A stretch of 59,403 nucleotides of DNA, counting the filler, from Sluysia triapertura (taxonomy: Eukaryota): NCBI GenBank assembly GCA_046118255.1. It is 5 parts of 5 records of this genome, joined end to end, with 100 filler letters (N's around TTAATTAATTAA, not from the genome) between each part and the next. Parts side by side here need not be neighbours in the genome. Positions count along the whole stretch, not along the records: positions 37,324 to 48,328 come from JBJNIA010190275.1; positions 48,429 to 59,403 come from JBJNIA010190674.1; 3 more parts are not named here. One strand, 5' to 3'. The translations under genes were made by a program, and so were the position numbers. Shown here piece by piece: positions 39,715 to 52,929 of the stretch. The notes below the pieces were generated by a model. That model searched no databases and was not told the DNA's origin. It saw nothing but the letters and a program-made list of their open reading frames with translations. Each line of letters opens with the position of its first letter. Positions within the stretch are counted from its first letter, which is position 1.

Positions 39715-40344
39715 TTTTCTTTCAGTTGATTTAAAACCCAACTTTGTGCTCATTTTGTCATCTTCATAACTCTCAGACTATCTTCTCAGATAGGCTCCTC
39801 TATTTCCATTGATCTCTACATATTCTATTATTTCCTATTTTTCTTGCTTGTATGAGTTTCTTTTATTATTAATAACAAAGTGTAAAAGTAAAATTTTTTC
39901 TCTTAAAATTGAAATGCGTCTTATCTAAATAAAAAAGTAGAAATTTTTCAAAAAAAAGTCAATGCATATTATACATTAGTGTGGCTTATACACAAGATTT
40001 TAGAATAATAGCGAATCAAATGCAAGCCAATTTGTGCAATGATGCATGATATTCAATAAATATCGATTTTTAAATTAAATGTCAAATTAAACATTTAGCA
40101 TTTACAGAAACAGTTATCTATTCATATAATAATACTTTTATGTCAATTAGTAATAATTATTTTTAATAAAAATGTCATGTAACAAAGACACGTGCACTTA
40201 TGAATCACGTGTCAGTTCTAAAATTAATTTAAGAATAATAAAACGTGTAAATATAATAATAATGATAATGGTAATAATAATAATAAAATAATTATTGTAG
40301 CTCTAATATTTAAATAAAATAATTTCTTATTTGAAAATAGAATG

Positions 40345-40764
40345 TAGTTTTCTACCATGGCATGGAAACCCTCTAGATATGAATCCCATAGGAAATCTGT
40401 GGGATATTGTCAAAAGGAGAGTTTGTACCGACAAACCAACCACCAGGACGGAGTTTACTGAAACCGTGATAAAAGTATGACATCACGATGATGAGATCAA
40501 AAACTTGTGCCCCAAGCTCATCCAGAAATTATTGGATAATAAAGGAAAGCAAACATTTACTGATACAACAGTTTGTACATATTTGATTTGTAGTAAATTG
40601 TGTTATCATTCTACATGAATAAAATTTATGTATGTTTTGGATTTACGTGTTTTTATCTATTATTTTACTTTCATCAGCATTTACATTTTTATACACTTTT
40701 GATTAATAGTTTCATAGTATTTTATCACAAAATGGTCTTTAGTCTAATAATTCGGTCACCACTG
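40345..40764 (+). mobile_element. Tc1 (DD34E) 3' remnant, second copy
   Basis: LPWHGNPLDMNPIGNLWDIVKRRV (cf. WPGNSPDLNPIENLW); ends GTCTAATAATTCGGTCACCACTG|TA. Confidence 0.8.
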
Positions 40765-40817
40765 TAGAATGAAATTTGCTATTTCATAAAAAAAACTTTA
40801 GCTTTTTTTGAATCCAG

Positions 40818-41238
40818 NNNNNNNNNNNNNNNNNNNNNNNNNNNNNNNNNNNNNNNNNNNNNNNNNNNNNNNNNNNNNNNNNNNNNNNNNNNNNNNNNNN
40901 NNNNNNNNNNNNNNNNNNNNNNNNNNNNNNNNNNNNNNNNNNNNNNNNNNNNNNNNNNNNNNNNNNNNNNNNNNNNNNNNNNNNNNNNNNNNNNNNNNNN
41001 NNNNNNNNNNNNNNNNNNNNNNNNNNNNNNNNNNNNNNNNNNNNNNNNNNNNNNNNNNNNNNNNNNNNNNNNNNNNNNNNNNNNNNNNNNNNNNNNNNNN
41101 NNNNNNNNNNNNNNNNNNNNNNNNNNNNNNNNNNNNNNNNNNNNNNNNNNNNNNNNNNNNNNNNNNNNNNNNNNNNNNNNNNNNNNNNNNNNNNNNNNNN
41201 NNNNNNNNNNNNNNNNNNNNNNNNNNNNNNNNNNNNNN
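40818..41238. other. Scaffold gap (Ns)
   Basis: Run of N. Confidence 0.99.
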
Positions 41239-41989
41239 TTTGTTCAATCGTTCTCCAAAAACTAATAAAATAAAACAAGCATTAATTATTATTTAATTAT
41301 TATCGAAATATTTGTATAATTAAATAATAATATTAACGGCTTAATAACGATTATTAATATTAAAATGAAAATGTTTAATGTAAAACACAAAAACAAGCTT
41401 TGTATTTATTTTTGTTGTGCTTTTATATTTTTAAACTAATGACGATTCTGAGTCTGTGATTCTCAATATATTCTAACTATATCACAAATTAGTTTTTTTA
41501 TGACAATTAATTTTAATTCACTATAAATCAATTACAAAATAATTCAGTTACAAATAAATCAATTGTAATATTCAATCCCAGGGGTTACACATCATAGATA
41601 TTAGTACCCAAATAATAATAAATTAACAATAAAAACTTGAGGCTCAACTAACCACACGAATAATTCGAGTAAAAATAAAATTTAGTCGACTTAATAAGAA
41701 ACTATAAGATTCCGTGAGTGTTTACCATTACTGTATTGAATCAGCCTTCTTACAGCAGAAGTAATAATTATTGTAATGATTTTTTGGTGTTAAATGATAT
41801 TTTTAATATGTTTCTTTGGATAGTGTTTAGATAATTGCTAGGAAGTTGGTTTTATTCCGACCAAATTTAAACATTAATTTCTGTCTAATTTCCATCTAGC
41901 AATTACCCAAAAAATAAACAAACTCTCACCTTTTAAAAATAATAGAATTAAAATAATAGTTATGACAATACATATATTGTTGCAGTAAT

Positions 41990-42350
41990 ACATCAACTTA
42001 AAATGAACTTATTTTCAATAATAAATTTTGATACAATGCAAAATACATTAACAGAACGTCACATGTCAGTTTCAATAATATATGAGCATTAATTTGATGC
42101 ACTTTTACTACATATTCTTATTATAATATATCGAAATTTAACTTTATAATAAAAAAAGTTAATTAAAACTTATAATTTTATGACGTGTCTCACACTAATA
42201 AATTTCATAATTGTATTATTTATGTGATGTCCGCTCCTATGCAAATATCATATGCACAGCTATTGAGTAAGATTGATTTTAAAACAATTTTAATTAAATT
42301 AATTAAATTTTTTGTAAAACCTGCGACACCCTTGCATCCACTTCATCCTC
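41990..42350 (+). repeat. Dispersed repeat C; provides the empty site for the LTR insertion at 57200
   Basis: Aligns with 56935-57510 (aacttattttca.taataaattttgatacaatgc; acact.ataaatttcataattgta; cctatg.aaa.atcata). Confidence 0.75.
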
Positions 42351-42529
42351 TGGCAACCCAAATATTTTTATGGAATGCCAATCTATTCGACAAAAACTTA
42401 AAATATCATGCAAAAGAGCTTTTATTCAATAAAACTTCAATTTAAATAATAAAAATAAAAAATTATTCAAAGCAAGAATTTATTATCGCTTTATAATAAA
42501 TAAAAATATTAAAGCTACTTATTTATTGT

Positions 42530-42910
42530 CCAATCACTCTTAAGTTTTTCAATCAAATAGTTTTTACACAAATCATTTGAGGATTAGGCTAACGGTGACT
42601 ATTTGTTTGACTTATATAAAATACAAGAAAATGATTAATGATTAGTTCTGCTCTACTCAATCTCTTCTTACTTAAATTACTTCTTACGTTAAAATAATAA
42701 TCATTAACTAAATGCATAAAAATGATGAATATATCATTAGCTTTTAGAATCTAATTAATTTTCACTTATTCACTTATTCTAAAACAAACCATTTTAAAAA
42801 CATCTACAATTTTTTAAATTCATAGCAATCATCTCATATTTTACTAATCTTCATTCCATCATTCTAAATATGATAATTTATTAAAATTTGACTTTGTTCA
42901 ATATTAACTT
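42530..42910 (+). repeat. Dispersed repeat D, shared with 55765-56230
   Basis: ccaatcactct, tttacacaaatc, catcattctaaatatga and ttaaaatt.gacttt.ttcaatat occur in the same order at both sites. Confidence 0.65.
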
Positions 42911-43059
42911 CATACACGTTCAAATTATATCTTTCTCTAAATTTTTGAAGATTTTATCATTGTTTTCCGAATCATTGTTATTTTTCATTAATTAAATTAT
43001 TTACGATTTTTAGAATTTATACTACTTCATATTTAAAGTTTCTATCAGAGAATTCTAAA

Positions 43060-43450
43060 GTTGTTTCGTGTTTCATAATATTTTCAGGGTTTTCTGGTAT
43101 TTTCAACTTCAACACACCAAGTAATTTTTATACACGTATATATGCTAAGTATTAACGTATCAAATTTCCCTTTGTTATCAGTAACAATAATTTCATTTAA
43201 CAAATATTTTAAAGGTTTTAAATACTTATCCATTGGTCTTATTATCACTGTGAATTCCGTATAGATTATTATTATGTCTCAATGAAATATTCATTTTGCT
43301 TTCCAAATTTTTTATTATTTCTAAAATATACTCAGGACTTCCGCATTATAAGCATTTGTAAATTATTGTCATGATTTTGAATTCTATTCTTGCTTTTATT
43401 GACAACCAATGTAATTCTTTAAGATAAGGTGTTGCACGAGATCTTTCTTT
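43060..43450 (-). mobile_element. L2/CR1 LINE remnant
   Basis: Shares the RIEFKIMTIIYKCL segment with 12690-12790 and 44500-44630; a KLLGV motif lies at ~43110-43127. Confidence 0.55.
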
Positions 43451-44329
43451 TAGATCAAGGATGAGCTGAAGGAAAATTATATCGCTAAATAAATATAGAA
43501 ATTATTATTCGAATTGTTAAAAAATGGTTAAACTTAGAAAATAATATCAAATAGTGTTAACATCACGTGTAAGTGCATGCATTGAGTTTGTATTTAATTA
43601 AAATCCTTAATTGCGTAAGACTGGGATCACAAATGATATAAAATTTATTTTATTATTGTAGTTTAAGCACATTTTAGCTAACCACATCATCTTTTATGAA
43701 GATTTAAAAAATCTATTAAAAATACGATGATGAATAAAATAAAAGTCGTATTATCTTTTACAGTTATTGTTTGATTTTAAATCTTGAAAAAGAATTTTAT
43801 AATCTTTAAAGAAGTACTAATTACATATTTAAATTTCAATAAATATTCATCTTTTTATGGATTAATCCTTTATTTATACTTTATTTAGTATTATAATGAT
43901 AATTACATAAATGAAATATATAATTTAATATTTTGTAAATATTAATATATATAATAATTGTAATGTTTTTTATATTTCGAATTAGATATTATTTTTTAAT
44001 AATATTATTAGATAAATACCATGTTTATTAATATTTATGTATTCATTTATTTATTTGTTATTGAAAATATTTATTAATTTATTTCGTTGGTTTAAAATAA
44101 TTGCATAAAAAAAGATAATAAAAATAATTTTTTAAGAAAGCGATTAATTTCCTCTTTAAACGTAGTGCGGTTTCAGAATGTGGTGTTAGAAGTGCTCTTC
44201 TTTTACAGAGTCGACAATCCTACAACGGTTCACTATTTTACACCGTTCTGTCAATTTTATATAACCTAAGATAACAATGATGACGATATTAATGATGACA
44301 ATAATAATATATTAATAATATATTAATAT

Positions 44330-45260
44330 CTAATGCAAAGCGCTTAGAATAAATCATTCACCATAATATTTCTGAAACAGAAAGAAATTTGCCTATTTAT
44401 TAAATATTTCATAATCTTCTAGCAGATTGACATTCTCTGATAACAGGTTGTACATATTTTTCAACATAAACGCTATACAACCGATTACCTGTGGATTCTG
44501 TATAGATTATTATTTCACAATGAAATATTCATCTTGGTTTCCAAATTTTTTATTATTTCTAAAAGAAATTCAGGACTTCCATAATGTAAGCATTTTTAAA
44601 TTATTGTTATGATTTTGAATTCTATTCTTCCTTTTATGTAATTCCTTAAGATACGATGTTACATAGATCTTATTCCAACATGGAGAATTAGTCTTGCAGC
44701 TTGATTAATTATTAATTGTTCATTTTTGAATTCCTATAACAACCTATATTCCCATCTAGTGTATTACCACCTACAATTAACTTTTTTCATTTGTTTTGAT
44801 ATTGTAGCTATTTCTAATACCAATGATTATAAATTCTGACTTTTCTTCATTGATTTTCAAGTATTTATTTCCAAACCATTTTATCAATTCATAGTATTTT
44901 CAAATTCAGTATATATTTGCGTGTCATGAACATATATATGGTATTTAAAATCATATGATTCAATTACACTTGAAACATCATTGCTATATATTATAAACAA
45001 TAATGGACCAAGATTTGATCCCTGAGGAACTCCATGCTTTACATATACCTCATTTGAGAGACACATTCTTTGTAGATCGCAAAGTAATATTTAATGATCA
45101 ACTGTATCAAAACCATCAAAACCATCAAAACCATAAAAACACAATTTAAAATATCATAATTTATTCTTAAAATAGATTGATACATTGTAAAACTGCTTTT
45201 TGAATCAATTTTGATAAGAGTGTTATATTTGATGCGGGTCTGTAATTATTTAAAAGCAAT
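44330..45260 (-). mobile_element. L2/CR1 LINE reverse transcriptase remnant
   Basis: HGVPQGSNLGPLLFIIYSNDV...YHIYVHDTQIY (RT domain motifs, with YADD decayed), followed by the RIEFK C-terminal segment. Confidence 0.85.
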
Positions 45261-45774
45261 AGATCACCATGTTTCAGATGAGGTAATATATAACAGATAC
45301 TTTTTCACTTGAAAGGAATTTTAGACTATATAATGAATTATTAATAATTTTCAATAAAATCGGAATAACTTTAGTCAACATTGAATTATTTTTAATATGA
45401 AAATACTTACAAAATAAATAACAATGTCATCAGTCAGTACAACTATAACAATGTAATTAAAATGATAAAATCATATATAAAAGAATGTATAGTGACTGAA
45501 CAATATCTTTTTTATATTTTCAAATAACATTAGCAGTTTGTGTTACCTTCACTTGTTACATCAAACCTCAAATAACAGATAACTTATATTATTTCTTGGC
45601 CATTTTATCCGTAGTTTAAGAGCTTACAGTAATCATTATGTGCGATTGATTTTGCAGATATATATTTTTCATTTTTTTCAAACGATAACAAAAACTACAA
45701 TGTTTAGAATGTTATTATATGGTTTGATTTTGAAATATCTCATATTTATTTAATAATTGAATAATTTGTTTCAG

Positions 45775-45878
45775 ACAAATGATGCTATTGGTGATCGTTT
45801 CACTGGATTTTATTTTATTACTCTTATTATACTAGGATCTTTTTTTATGTTGAATTTAATTCTTGGTGTATTGTCTGG
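45775..45878 (+). CDS. Voltage-gated calcium channel alpha-1 (Cav2-like), single 104-bp exon encoding domain I S6
   Basis: tttcag|[35 protein letters not shown]|gttag. FFMLNL is the Cav2-type variant. Exon length and phases (0/2) match the IS6 exon of vertebrate Cav1/Cav2 genes as I recall them. Confidence 0.88.
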
Positions 45879-47799
45879 GTTAGAATATATTATTATCATT
45901 ATTATTATCATAATTATTTAATTATAATCACCATTATTATTATTATTATTATTATTATCATTAATGTGAAGTTGCAAAACTTAGATAAGATATAAAATAA
46001 TAAAACAATATACAAAATAAAATTTCTAGAAATTTGAAAATTCTTCTGAAAAATTATTAATAAAAAGCATATAAAAGTTTTTTTATATAAATTAGGACTG
46101 GGACTTTGAAGGATTTTCCTGCACAGGAGCACCTGGAACAGCCATACTCAATAATTAAACTCCCACTGAATGATTTAATAATAATGCATTATTCAGTTAA
46201 ATATAATACAATAAAAACAAGAATGAAATTTCAAAGTAACTCTACGTTTTCGATGGCTATTTAATAAAATAAAGGTAGAACCACATGTATGTATTATACT
46301 ATATATGTATATTACATAGTATACAATGAAACACCTACGAACAACTATTATTCCAAAATGAGACATGTTTTGTATTATAAAACATTGATTACCACCCAAT
46401 TAGAAATTTATTGTAAATATTCTAGAATTTTATTTCAAAAGACGCTAAGAATATAATAATATATTAATTTATATTGCGCTCATATCTACCGCGAAAGTAC
46501 TCAAAATCATAATGAGAATTTATGATTTTTAAGACCATTATATCGTCATTTATTTATTGATCATGTTCATAAGATGAAATCAGATGTACCTAAATCAAAA
46601 ACTGGTGCATAAAATTTATCCGGTGCACGGCCATAATTATGATTAATATATAGTTTCAAATCTTAGTGAGAGACATGTGTAAAATTAAGCATATGGTTGA
46701 CACATTTGATATTGCTAAAATAAGATATATTTCGTCTATTACTTCATTTTTACTACATTTATGTAATATGAGATTTGAAATATAAAACTGCTTTATAAGA
46801 AAATCATTTTAAACAATTACTTTTATTTTTACTTTAAATATAAAATATCGTAGATAATTTTGTGTTGTGAAAGGTTTAATTAAAGTGTTATTTAAAGTTA
46901 TGGTTCCCTTAAGTGTTCCATGTATATTACTTATTAATGATGTTACTTATAAAGTAATTGTTAATGCATTTTATTTCCCCAGTATATTGATGAGAACGTG
47001 TTTGAAATTACTTTTCAGGTTGTGAAAATAAAACTTCATCAATATTTGCATGTACAACACAAAAGAATCTTAATCATTCCATGATGTTGGATCTTAAACT
47101 ACAAAAACAGTCGTTATTTTTGAGTCGGCATATTGAGATTACACAAGGCCCAAAACAACAGTACACTAATCTATCAATTATATAATAAAACTAATCAACA
47201 TCGGATGCAGCTACATTTCGTTTAGCTGAAGTTTCGAAATTATTCACTGGAAGCACACAGTAGTTCTCTTTTACATGATGATAAATCCAATCTGAATGCA
47301 ATAACATCGTTTAATTAGCAATTATAATTTTGTTATTATCAGTAGATCTGAAACTGCTTTCATTTATTACACTAAATGTAATCATTAATCGGCACTCTGT
47401 GCCAGAATCTCCAAACCGTTTGTGTCCTCAGTATTTCCACTTTCTTTTTATAGCACATTTGAAATATAGATATTCAATATTCAGTTCGAAATAATCCATA
47501 AATACACCTGTTACATATTGCTGCCAATGAAGTTTTCCGACTACGTCCTTTAAAGTTTGGAATGCTTAAGCATTCGTTTTATTTTGAAATATTTTAAAAA
47601 CTTTATTCTACCCAAGAAGCTACTTATGTTTTATATCTGCTTTAAATTTCGATTCATTGACTAAAATTATAATATTTTAATACTAAAGTATTTGAATCCT
47701 TAATAATTTCACCTAAAATTTCCTCGATTAGTTTGTTTATTGCCTTAATTAAAAACCTGAACCTAATATTTTAATTTTTCGTTAGACTAGGAGCCAGTT

Positions 47800-48201
47800 T
47801 AAGACATTGGGACAAAGTGGTTTTATAACGAACCGAAAGATTATTTCGTTTCATAAACCTGGTGCACCAAGAATGTGCTCGGAGAAATTCATAATTCCCA
47901 TATCCTTGGCCAATGTTTTGGCTTTGAGCTACATAGAGACTGTTGAAATACTTCTGCCAACTGATCGCATTTCCTTGATCCAATGCTTGAGATTGTCTTC
48001 AAACTTTGGCCATCTTAGAGTGTTTCCACGAAAGCTTTTACATGACTTTTTGGTCGGTCTTAGTTCATCCTCTTGCTTTCTCTATCTTCTAATCATTGAT
48101 TTATCGACATTGAATTCTGTTGAGGCTTTCCGATTACCATTTGCTTTAACCAATTCAATTAATTTTAATTTCCATTCTGTGGTGTATGAAGATCGTTTCA
48201 T
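47800..48201 (-). mobile_element. pogo-family transposase N-terminal remnant (Brinker-like DBD + CENP-B/Tc5 HTH)
   Basis: MKRSSYTTEWKLKLIELVKANGNRKASTEFNVDKSMIRR*RKQ...RWPKFEDNLKHWIKEMR, then a frameshift to SWCTRFMKRNNLSVRYKTTLSQ. Confidence 0.85.
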
Positions 48202-48328
48202 GACGAATAAAATTGAATTAATTTATTAAAACGTAAATTCACGTAACGTGCGAATAACCACAAACAACTTATTGTATCGTAAAATAAACTCAAAGTATTA
48301 TAATTAATTATTAGAAATTTAAAATATT

Positions 48329-48428
48329 NNNNNNNNNNNNNNNNNNNNNNNNNNNNNNNNNNNNNNNNNNNNTTAATTAATTAANNNNNNNNNNNNNNNN
48401 NNNNNNNNNNNNNNNNNNNNNNNNNNNN
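48329..48428. other. Artificial contig linker
   Basis: Ns + TTAATTAATTAA + Ns. Confidence 0.97.
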
Positions 48429-48440
48429 AACAACAACAAC

Positions 48441-48493
<53 letters not shown>

Positions 48494-48504
48494 TAACAAT
48501 AACA
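48429..48504. repeat. (AAC/AAT)n microsatellite
   Basis: Directly visible. Confidence 0.95.
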
Positions 48505-49498
48505 AGCTTCATGTGCAAGTTATTTTGTAAAAATTTTCTTATCAATATTTATATTCATAAGTAACATACAGAACACTACAAAACGAATAGGATGTATTAA
48601 TACATCATTTAAAATATGCGTAGTGCAAGAACTGGGGAATGCGCATTTTTGGCACACATCCTATAAAAATACAGCCATCCGTGCTATGTTTTATTATGTT
48701 TGAAATAAAGTTAAATTAAATTAATTGATTACCATTAATTTAGATAACCAACATACATCAAATTCTACGAAAGAGTTGGTTAGGTACGATTTATTATGTT
48801 TTTTATAATTCAGTATTAAAATATTTATTAAGAAATAATATTTTTGAAGTACGAATATGTATTACGTTAAAGAATAATAACGGTCATAAACGTACCCTAT
48901 CTTTTTTACATTTAAAGGTTTTATCAACTAAATATTTAACACTCTAAGATAAAAAAATAAATCTTAATATTACAATATGATTTTAAATATAAATATATAT
49001 AATTAATTAAAATACTATTAATGATGTTTTAATTAATATTTTGATTAACGTTTATTTACAGAAGTTACGGAATATTTTTATAAAAATATTTACAAATATG
49101 TAAGTGAAAATAAAAATAATAATAACAATTGTAAATTGGACGTTATACTTCTTTTACAAGTTTTATATTTCACAATCTAAACAATTTCAAATCGAAATTT
49201 TAGAAGAACTTTTTCTACCACCGACTAATGTCGATGTTTTTGCATATTTTTCAGCAATTCATACAGTTATCCATTTGATTTTAAGTGCGTGCTAATATTT
49301 AACGAAGGAGTACGTGTAATTATTTCTAGTATTATATGATGTAATTTTTTAAGGCAGTCTTTCGTTTGTCAGTATGAAAACATTATTACAATAGATTCAG
49401 TATTTACGTAGCAATGTTCTATATGTGTTCGAAAAATAATTGTAAATAATTTTGAATGATTATTTGTTTTTATATATTTGTAGTATTTTATCATTTAG

Positions 49499-52300
49499 AA
49501 ATAATTCTCACAGTCAAGAAACTGTTGTTGATTCAAAAAGAATGATAGTAAGATTCTTTATATTATATATATCTTTATTTTTGAATAATTAATTAATTTA
49601 ACAGCGTTTGTATAAAAGTAATTTTAACTATTTGCTCTCATTTGTTGCCGCATAAAAGTAATTGCGCTACACTACTTTTGCTCTCTTATATAGTTTTATG
49701 AATGTGCACTTTTTTTATAAAAACATTCAAATATAATAAAAATTGTTCAAACAGTCTAAAATGAAAATTTCAATGTATAATTTCAATTTTACTTTTGTAG
49801 TATTTAATTTTATTTATCTTGAAATGATTTGTATTTATATGTGAATAGATCGTATTATATGTTGCATAAACAAATTTGGCAAAGGATGCTAAAAATAGAG
49901 TGCTTCATTTTCCTAAAATAGTAATATCCCAAATATTAATATATCATAATTTATAATTATAATAAAATACAGAGTTAAGCGTAATAAATATTATAATTTA
50001 TATATAAATACAAAAAACTGAATAAAATTATTCCTTCCTAATTGTTTATTCAATTTTCATCGTAATACAAATAATTTGTTAATTTGTTAATATCAAACAA
50101 TAGTTGATATTATTTTACCTTGTAATATGTTTAATATAATATATCTTAGTAACTAATATATACCACAGAAAAGAAACATCTCAAAATAATCTTAAATCAA
50201 GGGTGAAGCTAATAACTCAAAAAGAGATTTTGAGGAACATTGAATGGAACTTGCTGTACTTAATGTAATGAGCAAGTAGACAGAATGTAAGTGAATGAAA
50301 ATGTAAGTGAATTAATAAAGTCAAGCCAATACTATAGAAGAAAATTAATATATGAAATTAGCCGCATATTAAAATGGTCTAGAAAAGGATTCAAAAGTAT
50401 AACCGTATTTGCTATCAATATAAACAAATTCAACTACCATGAATTACATATCTTATTTAAGTATTATTGATAAATCTAAGTTGAAAATATCATCATTTGA
50501 CATTATACTGCTTTCAATTCAATAACAAATTCAATTTTAGAAATCAATTATAATTTATAAATAAACACGCCATTCAACTATTAACTTTTTAATCGCTTTA
50601 TAAATATCATCACCTTATTCATTTTCTTTAAAAGCATCCTTTATAATAGCTTCAAATTTGAAAGCGACGTTATTACATTCTAAAAGATCGTTATTTAAAT
50701 TATTTCGTCCGATTTCAGTAACTGAGTTGGCATAGTAGGTACCTCATTTGCTGATGCTTCAAATAACAGTTCTTGATGTTGTTTGTCCTACCTACAACAT
50801 AACGAGGACTATTAAATTCGACATTATTTTCTAATTAATCTAATTTAAAAACTTTATCATTCAGATTATCATAACTATAAACCTGTAATTTTTGAAAATA
50901 CATTAACTACATAAAATCAAAATTCATTTGATTCTATATCGACGATTACTGTTTTCTCAAATTTCGACGTTATCTTTTTAATAGAAGTTAGATATTTATA
51001 AATTTCTTTTGTTTTGTTAACAAGTGAAATAGAATCTTTTAAAGTACTTATCAATATTAAAATATCTCAGTTACTTTATACAGTCTGTCAATTATTTCGT
51101 TTAAGTCTTTTAACTCTACCGCAACCATTGCTGTCGAAAATCAATGATCCTGGTGATAAATTGAATAACTGCTCTCTTCCGACTTAAATATCATAATTTA
51201 TGCAGGCGTTGTTACGGAAGTTAGAAACAGTTTTCATGTATATTTTAGCGTTTATTTTGTTTGTTTGTGTTCTGAAAATTGAAATTTTGCCATGCCTACG
51301 CCAACCAGGAAGTATAAGTCAGCAGACGTTCTAAAAGCGTTAGAAAATGATGAATTTGATATTTATGAACTGTCCGACGATGATGACTCTATTACTGCTG
51401 ATGTTGTCATACTGAACAAAAACGGAGCTGATCTGAATCAATGTTCTTGGCGTGACGCAGAGCCATGTATGACTGAATTGTGTCTTTTACACGGCTTTGT
51501 GCATGTTCTGCTCGAAGAAATTGGTGTATCACATGCCAGGTGCTGCTTAATAAGTTAGCCATTAGTAATCTATAAACTGGTTCATCCAAATTTGGCAAAA
51601 ACAATCTGGCTGCCATAGAGCTAAACCATTTCGCGAGCATTATTAAAGAAAATGTGGTTATATAAAGACGAATATGAATTTATTTAGAAATTGATAGTTT
51701 ACCTGAACACCTAAAGGTCTTATTATATTAAAACAAAAATAAAATATTAAAAAAAGTTTTCCTTTAATTTAAGTTTGGAACTTTAAATTGCCAAAATTTT
51801 TACAATAGATGTATATTTAAATTTAGATACAAAATGATTTTATTATGCACTATCTTACAGCTATAATTTATAAAGATAATAAATAAAGATAGCTGAAATT
51901 TTTTTTACTGTTTTTGTTATAAAAGTGAAATTAAGCAAACTATATTTCAAGTGCAAACGAAAGCCGGCAACACCAGAAGAATTACTTGGTCTTAGTGGAA
52001 TCACACGTGAATTTTCATTTTCAAACGTCACTCCAGATAATACTCCAATTTCTGGAACGCCGACTTCAGCTGTGTTTCCAACAAATTATACTGCGGGACC
52101 GAATTCAAGGCCTTCATCAGTCTCAAATAGCAATACCGCGACTAATTCAATTGTATCACCACCTGTAAATCTTGATCACAATAATAATTCAAATGTCTTT
52201 TTTAATCGCAATACTGGTGGAAAAGCTATGTCAAATACTTTATCATGTGCGCAAACTCCGACAGAAACATCGAAAGGTCTTGTATCAGATCAACAATTAA
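49499..52300 (+). CDS. Two putative internal exons of an unidentified gene (S/T/P-rich, many TP/SP sites)
   Basis: Exon 49499-49547 (NNSHSQETVVDSKRMI|gtaaga) joins in phase 0 to exon 51952-52300 (CKRKPATPEELLGLSGITREFSFSNVTPDNTPISGTPTS...|gtcagt). GC is elevated and the frame is open. Confidence 0.55.
51110..51560 (+). mobile_element. piggyBac-like remnant (terminus plus acidic transposase N-terminus)
   Basis: TTAA|CTCTACCGC terminus, followed by the ORF MPTPTRKYKSADVLKALENDEFDIYELSDDDD. Another frame has Cys-rich CACSARRNWCITCQV, resembling the C-terminal cysteine-rich domain. Confidence 0.45.
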
Positions 52301-52929
52301 GTCAGTTTTTATTATTTTATTGTTTGATATTTTAAAACAAGAATATTGATATAATAAAAATTGCGATACTTATGTAGAATATATTATGAGATGCTAGCCT
52401 AACAGGCCTAACTAGAGTGCATAGGGGGCAAAAATTGGAAGATATGCAAAGTAATATTTGTATTTATTTAAATATCGTGTAGGATATCCAACAGTTACTA
52501 GTAACTTCTGCTTTAAACAAATACTCACTCTAAAGTGACAGTTCATGAAACGGGTTCTAATACCTGCTCTCATAATGTGCTAATCAAAATAAACTATAAT
52601 CATTTTTAATTAATAATTTTGGCGTCAAAGAATAATCTTATTGAAATTGTCCTATCCAAAAACTATAAAAAATATTTTATGTATGAATAATTTAAAGTAA
52701 ATATGTAAATCACAGATAATCTTTACTTAAGTGCGTTCCCTAAACAAATACAAAATAAAAAAATATACTATTTGTATAAGATAAATCTCATAAGTTGTCT
52801 AGTAAACAATTCTTACACGTATATTTAAATAATATCAATACCCAAATAATTCAAAATTTTATTAAATAAATTAGTATATTTTATATACTGACATTTATTA
52901 CAATTAATTATATAAATAATATTTCTTTC

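Noticed and set aside
40784-41296. ORFs of 149-164 aa made of X
   Set aside because: They are translations of the N gap.
12421-48428. Recurring TTAATTAATTAA palindrome between N runs as a biological repeat or array
   Set aside because: It is an artificial six-frame-stop linker. Neighbouring contigs are not physically linked, so no synteny can be inferred across them.
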